From the human T2T-CHM13v2.0 reference genome, Homo sapiens: 64,000 nt of DNA. The notes below the pieces were generated by a model, which had not been told where the DNA came from, did not search any database, and saw only the letters and a program-made list of their open reading frames with translations. This document shows, one piece after another, positions 13,211 to 25,735 of this stretch. The first letter of the stretch is position 1. Every line of letters begins with the position of its first letter. Both the position numbers and the translations under genes were made by a program. Location of the stretch: the NCBI RefSeq assembly GCF_009914755.1, contig NC_060933.1, one strand, 5' to 3'.

Positions 13211-14038
13211 TCTCCTGACATTATATTCTGCTGGCCTATAGGTCTTAGTTCCAGCAGGAGGAATGCTGCCACCAGGAGACACAACAATGATTCCATGAAA
13301 CTGGAAGTTTAGATTGCCACCTGGCCACTTTGGGCTCCTCCTACCTCTAAGTCAACTGGCTAAGAAGGTAGTTACAGTGTTGCCTGGGGTAATTGACCCA
13401 GACTATCAGTATGAACTCAGTCTACTACTCCACAATGGATGTAAGGATCAGTATGTGTGGAATACAGGAGATTCCTTAGGGCATCTCTTAGTATTACCAT
13501 GCCCTGTGATTAAGGTCAATGGGAAACTACAACAACACAATCAAAGCAGGACTACAAATGGCCTAGAACCTTCAGGAATGAAAGTTTTGATTAATGCATA
13601 AGGTGAAAAACCATGACCAGTTGAAGTACCTGCTGAAGGCAAAGGGAATACAAAATGGGTAGTAGAAGAAGGTACCAGAGACAACCATGTGACCAGTTGC
13701 AGAAATGAGGACAGTAATTGTCATGAGTATTTCTCCCTTATTTTGTTAAGAATAGGTTTGTGCACGTATACATTTGTACTAAGAAAATACCTTCTTTTAT
13801 TTCCTTTCTTTTTCCTTTATCATGTGACATAAGATTTATTGACTTCATGTTGGCATTTAAGTATTGTTAACTTTATGCATTAATAATAGCACTTAGGTTA
13901 AGCATTAGTGCACTTCCAGTTGTACAAAGGATAGCTGTATTATGTTAGGTGTAATTATGACCTTATTATTATCTTTATTTGGAGGTTAAGTATAATTTCA
14001 GGAGATGTGTATGGGTTGAAGTTGACAAGGGGTGGACT
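13203..14038 (+). mobile_element. HERV-L internal 3' region (end of pol, dUTPase, PPT)
   Basis: ggaggaatgctgccaccaggagacacaacaatg; dUTPase ORF; PPT acaaggggtggac directly before the LTR. Confidence 0.9.
13314..13601 (+). pseudogene. HERV-L dUTPase remnant
   Basis: PPGHFGLLLP…GVIDPDY (dUTPase motif 3)…LLLHNG; no ATG start; upstream part not in an open frame. Confidence 0.85.
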
Positions 14039-14597
14039 TGTGATGGTTAATATTAAGTGTCAACTTGATTGGATTGAAGGATGCAAAGTATTGTTTCTGT
14101 TTGTGTCTGTGAGGGTGTTGCCAGAGGAGATTAGCATTTGAGTCAGTGGACTGGGAGAGGAAGACCCACCCTCAATGTGGGTGGGTACCATCCAAAAGGC
14201 TGCCGGTGCGGCTAGAAAAAGCAGGCAGAAGAAGGTGAAATAAGGTGGCTTGCTGAGTCTTCCAGTTTTCATCTTTCTCCCGTGGTGGATGCTTCCCACC
14301 CTTGAACATCAGACTCCAGGTTCTTCTGCTTTTGGACTCTTGGACTTAAACAAGGGGTTTGCCAGGGACTCTGAGGCCTTCAGCCACAGACTAAAGGCTG
14401 CACTGTTGGCTTCCCTACTTTTGAGGCTTTGGGACTCAGACTGAGCCACTACTGGCTTCCTTGCTCCTCAGCTTGCAGATAGCCTGTTTTGGGACATTGC
14501 CTTGTGGTCATGTGAGTCAATTCTCTTTAATAAACTCCCTTTCATATATACAGGTATCCTATTAGTTCTGTCCTTCTTGAGAACACTGACAAATACA
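14039..14597 (+). mobile_element. MLT2 LTR (MLT2A2/MLT2B3-like), HERV-L 3' LTR
   Basis: tgtgatggttaatattaagtgtcaacttgattggattgaagg…aataaactccc…gaacactgacaaataca. Confidence 0.92.
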
Positions 14598-15125
14598 TAT
14601 GGTGTGGAAAGGAAGAGAGTGGTGTGGGAGAATGACGCATTTAGGATAACTCTTAGATTTATGGCTTAGTTGACTGGGTAAGTAGAAGTGCCAAACGCCA
14701 AGAGAGGAAACTAAAAGAGAAATGAGTTTGGGGAAGAAAATGTTGAAAGAGTTTTGGAAATATTGGTAAGTCCGAGGTGCCTGTGAAATTCTAAGTAGAC
14801 TGATCCTGTAGACAGATAGTTTAGGTGAGAGATTTGGGTGAATGCATAGACTTGAGAGTCTTCTAGATATAGATGGTAACTTGGGAATGGGTGAGGTCAC
14901 CAAGGGAGTATGTGAAAAGATTAAGAGAGGATAGCTAAAGTCTATAATTAGGATTTTGACATTGTCAAAGGAAAGCACAGAGGAAACTTCCAGGAAAAGG
15001 AAAACCAGAAGAGAATAGTGTTATAAAAGCTAAGGAAAGGGGGGTTTTCAGAAAGAGGGAAGTGGCCAACATTATTAAATGATGTAGAAACGTTTAATAA
15101 GATGAGGATAAAAAGTGCCTATTGG

Positions 15126-15182
15126 GTGATCGTACCACTGCACTCCAGTCTGGGCAACAGAGTGAGACCCCATCTCCAAAAA
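15126..15182 (+). mobile_element. Severely 5'-truncated Alu (last ~55 bp, J-like)
   Basis: ccactgcactccagtctgggcaacagagtgagaccc + A tail; TSD aaaaagtgcctattgg / aaaaagtgcgtagtgg. Confidence 0.85.
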
Positions 15183-16175
15183 AAAAAGTGCGTAGTGGAT
15201 CCAGCAACATAGAGCTTATAGATAGCCACATGGATATCAGTTGCAAGGGGCCCCAAAGGTAGAATCAAGTTTACGGTGAATTAGTGACAGGTATTGTAAA
15301 TAAAAGGTAAAAGTAGAGAAAGAAATTGCAGATAGATCTTTCACAAAGTTTGGTTGAGACAGGATGGAGGGATGATGATAGCTAAAAGATGATCAGGGAT
15401 CAGAGAAGATCTTGTTCAAGATGGAAGTGCTCAACCTTCAAATAGGACAAGTGTCTTCATGCTATATCTGAGATAATTCTAGCAGTGTTGTGACTACTGG
15501 ACCCCAGAATTCAGGCACTCCTCAGTGTAGACTGCTATATCCCTGTTTGAGAATGACTGATGTGCCTCCCTGGAGACTTGTGCCAATGGTAACACTTACA
15601 GTAATCATCTCAAACTGGTATAATAACTTCAATAGCCTTTCAACTGGTCTCTCTTTCTCTAATATTTCCAACTTCAAACCCATTTTACACCAGCAGCTTG
15701 TGACCCTTTAAAACCGTAAACTATTGAACAACCACTAAGGAAACTACCCAAAGAGATACTATTAAAATTCTATTAAAAAGTAAGATGGGATTCTCAAAAT
15801 TGTTCGAGTAACACAGGAAGGCAAGAAGAAAGAAGCATGGGAAGACAAATCAGAGACAAATGAAAAGCAACTAGCAAAATGGCAGATGTTAGCTCTACCA
15901 TATAAATAATTACCTTAAATTTAAATAGTCTAAATTCACTAATTATGAGGCAGAGATTGGCAAAGTTGATAACTTTTTTTAAGATTTACTACCAAAAACA
16001 TAATGCATAAAAAGAAAAAATGATAAATTTGACCTCATCAAAATGAAAAACTCTTGTTCTACAAAAGACCCAGAGCAGGAGAAAACATTTATAAACCACA
16101 TATCTAACAAGTAATTTGTATCTGAAATATGTAAAGAAATCTTAATACTCAATAATTATTAAAAAAAAAAAAATC

Positions 16176-16549
<374 letters not shown>

Positions 16550-17260
16550 TTAGGGAAATGCAAGGCAAAACTGCAAGGACATGTCATTACAACCTATAAA
16601 CAAAATGAATTTTTTACAGTGGCAACAACAAATGCCAGGAAGAATTTGGAGAAAATGGGTCACTCATACATTGCTGGTGGGAATGTAAAATAGTACAGGC
16701 ACTCTACAAAATAGTTTGGCAGTTTCTTATAAATCTAAACATGTAATTCCTATAAGACCCGGCACCTGCACTCAGAGAAATGAAAGCTTAGGTTTACACA
16801 AAAAAATTGTACGTGAATATTCACTGTAACTTTGTTTGCAATAGCCAAAGACTAGAAGCAACTCAGATGTCCTTCAATGAAAAAAATATGGTTGAACACA
16901 CTGTGGCATATCTATACTATAACATATTACTCAGCAATTAAAAAGGAATTATGGAAATACACAACAATCTGGATAAATCCACAGAGAATTATACTGAGTG
17001 AAATAAGCCAATACCCAAAGACTAGATACTATTGATTTCACTTATAAAAGATTCTTGAAATGAAAAATTACAGAGATGGAGAACAGACTAGTGGTTTTCA
17101 GGAGAGAGGAATGGGGAAGGAAGAGGGAGGGAGGGAAGTAGGTATGATTCTAAACAAGCAACCCATGGGGGATCATTACAGTGATAGAACTTCCTGTATC
17201 TTGACTGTGTTAGTAAAGACACAAACATGTGTACATGATAAAAGTACAAAGAACTGAAAT

Positions 17261-19436
17261 CACAGACTGGGATAAAGTACTTGAAAAGGATATACTGATA
17301 AAGGACAGTTATCCAAAATATACAAAGAGCTCTTAAAACTCACCAACAAGAAAAGTCAGAGGAAGCAAATGAGAAACAACTAACAAAATGGAAACCAATA
17401 GGAAAATGAACTACCCGATTTAAAAACGGGCAAAAGACCCAAATGGACACTTCATTCACCTACTGAAGCACAATTTGGCAGTTTCTTAAAAAACTAGATA
17501 GACTCTTACCATAACATTCAGGAATCTTGTTTTTTGGTATTTAACCAAAGTTGAAAACTTATGTCCAGACAAAAACTGCACATGGATGTTTATAGTAGCT
17601 TTATTTGTACCTTTCAAAAACCAGAAGCAACCAAGATGTGCTTTCAGTAGGTGAATGAATTTAGGAATATATACAGATGGTAAATAAATACATGAAAAGA
17701 TGCTCAACATCATACGTCATTAGGGAATGCAAATTAGAACAACAATGAGATACCACTACATAAACCTATTTGAATGGCCCAACATCCAAAACAATGACAG
17801 CACTAAATGCTTGTGAACATGTGGAGCCACTGGAAGTTTCATTGACTGCTAGTGGGAATGTAAAATGGTACATCCTTATTGGAAGACAATTTGGCAGTTT
17901 CTTAAAAAACTAGATAGACTCTTGCCATAACATTCAGGAATCTTGTTTTTTGGTATTTACCCAAAAGTTGAAAACTTATGTCCAGACAAAAACTGCACAT
18001 GGATGTTTATAGTAGCTTTATTTGTACCTTTCAAACACCAGAAGCCACCAAGATGTATTTCAGTAGGTGAATGAATAAATACACTGTGGTACAGACAATG
18101 GAACATTATGTGGCACTAAAGGAAATAAGCTATCAAGTGACAAAACATGGAGGAATCTTAAATGCATATTACTAAGTACAGGAAACTAATCTGAAAAGTT
18201 AAATATTGTATTACTTAAGTGTATGACATTCTAGAAAAGCCAGAACTATGGAGACTAAAAATTGCAGCCAACAGACGCATGAAAAAATGCTTATCATCAC
18301 TGGTCATCAGAGAAATGCAAATCAAAACCTCAGTGAGATACCATCTCACGCCAGTTAGAATGGCAATCATTTAAAAGTCAGGAAACAACAGATGCTAGAG
18401 AGGATATGGAGAAATAGGAATGCTTTTACACGTTGGTGGGAGTGAAAATTAGTTCAACCATAGTGGAAGACAGTGTGGCGATTCCTCAAGGATCTAGAAC
18501 TAGAAATACCATTTGACCCAGTGATCCCATTACTGGGTATATACCCAAAGGATTATAAATCATGCTACCATAAAGACACATGCACACGTATGTTTATTGC
18601 AGCATTATTCACAGTAGCAAAGACTTGGAACCAACCCAAATGTCCATCAATGATAGACTGGATTAAGAAAACATGGCACATATACACCATGGAATACTAC
18701 GCAGCCATAAAAAAGGATGAGTTCATGTCATTTACAGGGACATGGATGAAGCTGGAAACCATCATTCTCAGCAAACTATCACAAGTACAGAAAAGCAAAC
18801 ACTGCATGTTCTCACTCATACATAGGAGTGAAACAATGAGAACACATGGATACAGGGTGGGGGAACATCACACACCGGGGCCTGTCGTGGGGTGGGGGAC
18901 TGGGGGAGGGATAGCATTGGGAGAAATGCCTAGTGTAAATGACGAGTTGATGGGTGCAGCAAACTAACATGGCACATATATACCTATGTAACAAACCTGC
19001 ACATTGTGCACATGTACCCTAGAACTTAAAGTATAATTACGTAGATAGATATGTAAATAAATAAAAATTCAATGGCTGTAGAGTTTGGTGGAAGGAAGGG
19101 ATGAATAAACAGGGCACGGAGGATTTTTAGGGCAGTGAAACTATTCTATCTGATACTATAATGATGGATACATGTAATTATACATTTCTCAATGCCTATA
19201 GAATGTACAGCACCAATAAATGAACACTAATGTAAACTATGGACTTTAGGCCACAAAGATGTGTCAGTGTAGGTGCATCACTGGTAACAAATGTGTCACT
19301 ATAGTGCAGGATGCTGACAGTGGGGGTGTCCGGGCCTCGATGGAGAAGGGGGCATTTGGGGATTCTCTTTACTTTCTGCTCAATGTTTCTGTGAATGAAA
19401 AACTGCCTAAAAATAAAGTTTGTAAAAAAAAAAAAA
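17261..19436 (+). mobile_element. L1MC1-like 3' element inserted in L1MD
   Basis: ggatttttagggcagtgaaac…actaatgtaaactatggacttt; poly(A); degenerate TSD aaaagtacaaagaactgaa / aaaattacatagaagtaaa. Confidence 0.75.
18264..19061 (+). mobile_element. L1PA (PA6-like) 5'-truncated 3' end with ORF2 C-terminus
   Basis: ORF 18473-18967 WRFLKDLELEIPFDP…MEYYAAIKKDEFMSF; 3' UTR ends gtaccctagaacttaaagtataat; TSD taaaaatt. Confidence 0.93.
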
Positions 19437-20952
19437 TTACATAGAAGTAAACACACAAGACAAATAAAACTGAGGGAATCTGAATAAGATTGGTTGCATT
19501 AATGTCAATATCCTGGTGGTGATATTGTACTATCATAGTTTTATGATATTATCATTGAGGTTTATGAGAGATATTATCATTGGGAAAACTGGGTAAAGGG
19601 TTCATTGAGTCTGTTCTATTTCTTACAACTACATGGGTATCTAAAACTATCTCAAAATTAAAAGTTTAATGAAAAAATCTAAACCAGATCAAGTCTCCAT
19701 TTTGTTTAAAAGCATTTAACTTTTCATATCCCTTAAAATCAGAGCTGCTTTCTGTATTGTTTATGGTCTTACACAATCTCCTCTTTGTCATCTTCTCTCT
19801 TTCTCTCTCTCTCTCTGCGTGCACGTGAGTGTGTGTGCATAGGCTTCAACCACAATGACTTTCTCTCCGTGCCTTGGATATTCCAGACTACATTGCTCTC
19901 TGAGCCTTTACGTGGTTGCTTCTGCCTCGACTCTTCTCCAGGTCATTTCTATGGCTGCCTCCGTCTTGTTCATTAGTTCCAATGTCACTATTTCAGCAGA
20001 TATGTTCCCGATCGTTCTATTTAAAATGATTTTCCCAGACACTCCATCACATTACCTCTATTACTTTATGTATTGTACTCACAATTGGAAGCTCTCTACA
20101 TTTTTATTTGCCTTTCCCCCCTTGCATATCCTCCTCTGCAGAATGCATGTTCCATCACTCAAGGAATGATTGCTTTGTTTCCTACTGTGCCTGGTACCCA
20201 GCTCAGTACCTGATTCCCAGTAAATGCTCAGTACAGATCTGCTAAGTGAATGAAGTTTTTTAAATGCATGAATGTCTCAAAGAAGATACCCATTTAAATG
20301 GGAAGAAAATTAAGAGAAAGAAAAAGAACTATAGCTTAAGGCCTTCAGAATGCAGCTGTTTAAATCGCACTTTTGCTGAGAAAAAAAGAGCTTTAAAGGA
20401 AGGAAGACATACTGCTTGGTGGGAACCAAAATCAATTTCCCAGCTTTTCTGAATATATGTAGAGGTGAGTCTGAAAAGTAATTAACTACAGGTTCCCACT
20501 CCCTATGCTCTGGGTCTGTGAGTAAGGTTAATGTGCTCTTAGAAAGAAGAGTCCCTGTGCCTCCTAAGATGAAGGTCTGAGATCTGAAAGAATTACAAAG
20601 CATGTGTTTTTGGTACAGGATGCTAGGATGTTTTATTCGAGTTCATTGTTAAATCTATTATTTGCATACTGCTTGTCTGATGGCTCCCTCATTTCACTAG
20701 GTTTGGTGCCTGGAATGTATGAGGGAATGGTGAAGCATGAAAGAAAAGACATCCAACTTCTTGGGGGATAAAATGTGTTTACTCACCACAGCAGCACTTT
20801 GGCCTGACTCCATTAGGTAAAAATTGTTCAGAAGCAAAGCTCAGAAGAGGGCGGCAGGCGTTGCCACCCTTACCCCTCACACGACACATTCTCCTGATGT
20901 TTGCTGCTGCTGCTAGTCCTCTAGCTAGACTAGGAATGATTTCTCTATTTCC

Positions 20953-21348
20953 TGCTGTCTTCATTCAAGCTGCTATTACAAGATACCGTAGACTGGATAG
21001 CTTAAACAATGGAAATGCGTTTCTCATATGTCTGGCAGCTAGAAGTCTAAGATCAAGGTGCCAGATGATTTATTCCTGGTGAGGATCTGCTTCCTGGTTA
21101 TGTCCTCAGAGGTGGAGGGAAGGAGGGAGGGAGAGAGAGGGAAGGAGAGAGAAAGAGACAGAGAGAGAGAGAGACAGAGAGGAATCAGGCTGTCTCCTGT
21201 CTCTTCTTATAAAGACGCTAATCCCATTATGAGGGCTCTACTCTAATGACCTAATCACCTCCCAAGGTCCCACTTCCAATGCCATCACATTGGGGATTAG
21301 GGGTTCAATATATGAATTCTGGGGAGCAACAACATTCAGTCCATAGCT
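20953..21348 (-). mobile_element. MLT1A0-like MaLR solo LTR with internal GA-rich tract
   Basis: gctagaagtctaagatcaaggtgcc…atgacctaatcacctccca…acattcagtccatagc. Confidence 0.8.
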
Positions 21349-21699
21349 ACTGCCAATCCCATTTTCTCTCTTCTGCCTCCAAGGTGGGTTTACCAAGATG
21401 TAATTTCTTAATATCCAGCGTCCATCTATAACCCAGGAGAGAGAAATGTATGAACAGTGAAGCTTTAGTCAGAAACCTCAAACTCTCTTAGTGGTTGTGA
21501 GAACTGACCTTCACAAAGCCCAGGTTCTCTGCCAAAGGATCAAATTCTAGTACCCCCAACTCCTCCTCCTAAAACAGCAAGGTTTTCATATGTTTTCTTT
21601 GTTGCCTTCTTTGGAAGATTAGATTTAGAAATAATTTCTGAAAGAGTTATATTGCTGTACCACAGAAGTTTGCAAATGGCTCTAGCATACTTCTGAATT

Positions 21700-23262
21700 T
21701 CCTCCTGGTTTAATTGCCAATGAGCTAATGAGTCAGTCTTCTTTACTGGACACCCTTCATAATTCAAACTTCTAAGCATCAGGGTGATTCAGGGCTCAGT
21801 CCTCAGCTCTCTTTTTTCCCCTCACTCCTGAGGGGTCCTTTCCAGTTACTTGACTTTAAATACTATCTACATGCTGATGGCTCACAGACGTGTATCACCA
21901 GCCCTGACATTGTCTCTGAACTCCAAACTTCTCTGTGCAGCAGCCCATGAAGCTTTTCCACCGGAATGTGCACTGGACAGCTCAAGCCTAACCTGTCCAA
22001 AACAATTTTGGATAGAGCCATTCATTCTATATTCTTGACGTTTCTCCAAGTCATACCCCATATTTCATCCCTCAGTGAGTCCTGAATCTGCCCGGTCTTC
22101 AAAATATATCCCATCACTTCTCACCACCTGCACGGCATCCTCTTTGTCTCCTGTGGTTTCCTGCTGTGCATCCTAACCATTGCCTTAATTTCTACTCTGA
22201 CCCTCTGCAGTCTCTACAGAGCAGCAAGAGGAACCATTTCAAACTATAAATCAGATCATAGCATTTCCCTTGCTGAAAATCCTTGAGTGGCTTCTCATTA
22301 CCCAGGGAATAAAATCCAAGCTCTTTACTTTAGCTCAGGAGGCCCCACCTGGTCTGGCCCCTGCCCCTGCCCCTTCTCCAATGATTCCTTTTTCTACACT
22401 CTCCCATAGCTGCCTGCTCCAGCTACGCTGGCCTCCCCGCTGTCCTTGCGCTCCTCTTCAAGGTATCTGCATCTGCCTTTCTTTCTGCCTTGACCACACT
22501 TCCCCCGGGTGTCTATATCCTTAGTCCCTCACTTCTTCAGGACTCGGCTCAAGTGTCTCCTCCTCAGAGAGGCCACTGCTGACCCTTCCACCTAAAATAG
22601 CAAAGCCCCTCACCATCGTTCCCTGTTCCCCTTACACAGATGGCTCCCAACTTGTGATGGGTTGACTTAGGATTTTTCAACTTTATGATGGTGCAAAAGT
22701 GATAGCATTCAGTAGAAACCATACTTCAAATTTGGCATTTTGGAATTTTGATCTTTTCCTGGACCAGCGATATGAAGTTTGATACTCTCTCTTGATGCTG
22801 GACAGTCGCATGGGAGGCACAGCTCCCAGTCAGCCCCGCCATCATGATCCCAGGGTAAACAACAAATAGTGTACTGCATTGCTGGATAATTTAGCCCAAC
22901 TGTTGGCTAACATAAGTGTTCTGAGCACACCTAAGGTAGGCTAAGCTAAGGTACGATGTTCAGTAGGTTAGGTGTAATAAAAGCATTTTTGACTTATATT
23001 TTCAATTTACAATGGATTTATCAAGCTGTAACCCCATTGTAAGTGGAAGAGCATCTATATTTCTTTTCTTAATACTATCCCAGTCTGATTTACATTATAT
23101 TCATTATATTATAGTTACTATACTTTGTTCATTGTCTGTTTGACTCACTAGAATGTAAGCTCCATGAAGGCAAGGAATTTCTCTTATTCGTTCTTCTATC
23201 TCCATCAGCCTTCAAAACAGCACCTGTTATATGGCAATTGATTAACAAATAGTTGCTGAACA
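21700..23262 (+). mobile_element. L2a, split by a Tigger5 derivative
   Basis: cagggctcagtcctcagc; catcacttctcaccacc; cactagaatgtaagctccatgaaggcaagga. Confidence 0.8.
22637..23057 (-). mobile_element. Tigger5b/MER47-like TcMar-Tigger element
   Basis: TIRs cagatggctcccaacttgtgatgg / ccattgtaagtggaagagcatct; TA(CA) flanks; aaggtaggctaagctaag. Confidence 0.85.
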
Positions 23263-23358
23263 AATTATCTAATTTTTCAGATAAGAAAATTGAAGCCCAG
23301 AAGATGGAAACACTAAGAGGTAAGAAACTGAAGCAATTGCTTAAAAAAATAAAAACTC

Positions 23359-24241
23359 CTCTAAATTGTTTTCCACAGTGGCCGAACTAATTTACATTCC
23401 CACCAGCAGTGTATAAGCATTCCTTTTTCTCTGTAACCTTGCCAACATCCATTATTTTTTTTACTTTTTAATAATAGTCATTCTGACTGGTGTGAGATGG
23501 TACCTCACTGTGGTTTTGAATTGTATTTCTCTAATGATTAGTGATGTAGAGCATTCTTGCATATGCTTGTTGGCCAAGTGTATGTCTTCTTTTGATAAGT
23601 GTCTGTTTATGCCCTTTGCCCATTTTTAAATGGGGTTGTTTTCTGCTTGTTGATTTGCTTAAATTCCTTGTAGATTCAGAACTTAAAAGAGAACTACCAT
23701 TTGACCCAGCAATCCCATTACTGGGTATATACCCTAAGGATATAAATCATTCTACCAAGAAGACGCATGCACTTGTATGTTTATCACAGTACCATTCACA
23801 ATAGCAAAGACATGGAATCAACCTAGATACCCATCAACGGTGGACTGAATTTAAAAAAAAATGTGTTACATATACACCATGGAATACTACACAGCCATAA
23901 AGAAATAAATCATGTCCCTTGCAGCAACATGGATGCAGCTGGAGGCCATTATCCTAAGTGAGTTAATGCACAAAGAGAAAACAAAATACCAGGTTTTCAC
24001 TTACAAGTGAAAGCTAAATATTGAGTACACGTGGAAACAAAGAGGGTCACAACAGACACTGGGCCTACTTGAGGGTGGAGAATGGGAGGAGGATGAGGGT
24101 TGAAAAACTGCCTATCAGGTACCATGCTCACTACCTGGTGACCAAAGCATTTGTATAACAAACCCCAGTGACATACAATTTACCCATGTAACAAACCTAC
24201 ACATATACCCCTCAACCTAAAAGTTGAAAAGGAAGAAAAAA
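23359..24241 (+). mobile_element. L1PA15/16-like with 5' inversion (23359-23677 minus; 23678-24241 plus)
   Basis: Antisense ORF2 text switches to sense at tagattc|agaacttaaaa; 3' UTR ends aacctaaaagttgaaaa. Confidence 0.88.
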
Positions 24242-25735
24242 CCCAAACATTATTTTCAATGCACAGAATTTGTTCACCAAAATAAATTGTCACATTCAGG
24301 TATAAGGCCAAATAAAAAATCAGCATTTCCCTTCTTGACTGGTTATATTAGAGAACTAGTATTTCTGAAGGCAAGAGATACCAACATTTGTAGAGACTTT
24401 CTCAGTTTTCCACTGACATGAGCAATGACCAGATAGTTGAGATAACATGCAAAACAAAAATAATGTGAAGCCTAGGAGTATGAAGTGAGGCAGAAATTGT
24501 GCAGTAATTCCTCAGTAATAGTCACATTCCTAGAGGGATGCACCCCTACTTTGAGATGCTGTGGTCTGAGAGGAGCCCCCTTGAGAGTAAAGGGGGATAG
24601 AGGCCACATCCATTTGTGCTCTGTGAGCAAAGAATATGTGGGTGCCCAAACAGAAGTAGCCAGTCATGCTATTTCAGGGTTAAAATAGATGGCTGAGGGA
24701 GTAAGAATAGATATGTCTGATATACATCCCACCCTATCTATAGTATTATATCAATAGCTCACTTAAGCATTTATGAAAAACATACAAATACCTATAGATA
24801 AATACTTTGCTCTCCTTTATAGGACAATTATTTTACAAAGCAAAAAGGATCGTTGTACTAATTTCTTGATAATTAAAAAAAAAATTTCTGATCTACTCAT
24901 TCTGTGTCCATTGCACCACAGAGAAAATGGGAGGAATGTCCGCTGGCAGGTCAACTGGTTGTCTCCGTGAAATCATCAGTGAATCCCGAATTGGGTCTCA
25001 TCAACCTCTTTGGCCTTTAACATTGCTGTGGCTGACAGGCTGTTTTATACAATCTGCCCCTTCCTACCTGCATGTGTACACACATGGAGACCTTCACACT
25101 TGTTCACATCTGGTACTAATGGAAGTCAAAGTCTTCCTGGGAAATGCTGTGCCATGATGGTAGGAGTCCAAGCCAATCCTGAATTTTGGGTAGTGCCCAA
25201 CCTGATATCTTAATTGTACTGCTAGAAGAGAGAACAATTTTCTTTCAACAATTTTGGTATTAGCAAAGTCTACTCACTCCCGGAAAAGATGTGCTGCGAA
25301 ACACAGTACCATTGAACTTGACAAGTCCTGACTCTTAAAAAACTGGGTTTACTAGATTATTCTGCAATACAGACAGCAGTATAAAGGGATAAATGAAGAG
25401 GGGTTATCAAATTCTCTCCCTTGACATTGGTTTCACATTGTATTCTTTCTTTCTGAGTTTCATTCAGTGGCCAACTCTTGTAAGCAAGCAATCTTCCCCC
25501 ATTTTCGCAAATTCACTTACAAACATAGCCAGTTAACTTGAGCCACATCATTGAAGTGCAACAGTGCTACAATGATACAGGTACGTGCTCATCAATTCCT
25601 TAATGATGGAGAGGCTTACCTGCCTTATCTTTCCACTGTACAGTATGCTCTGAGGGAAGGCCCAGAATAAAATCAAAATTTTAAAGTCTATAATCTAGCA
25701 TTCTCTAGAACCTCATATGGGGCATGTTAATGAAG

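Larger units (their letters stand above)
10860..15430 (-). mobile_element. L2 host element, split by MER81, the THE1D/HERV-L chimera and an Alu fragment
   Basis: Antisense L2 3' end at 10860 (tcagtcaacagatttttttgaggacctac); L2 text continues in register across 11717/14603 (ggataactcttagatttatggcttagttgactggg). Confidence 0.75.

Noticed and set aside
13314-13601. dUTPase ORF as a domesticated functional gene
   Set aside because: No ATG, the N-terminal part is outside the open frame, and it is an ordinary HERV-L remnant.
17451-17660. Novel MITE with 22-bp TIRs
   Set aside because: The interior is a copy of adjacent L1 sequence and there is no TSD; templated insertion explains it better.
18473-18967. 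164-aa ORF as an expressed protein
   Set aside because: It is the L1 ORF2 C-terminus running into the 3' UTR of a truncated copy with no promoter.
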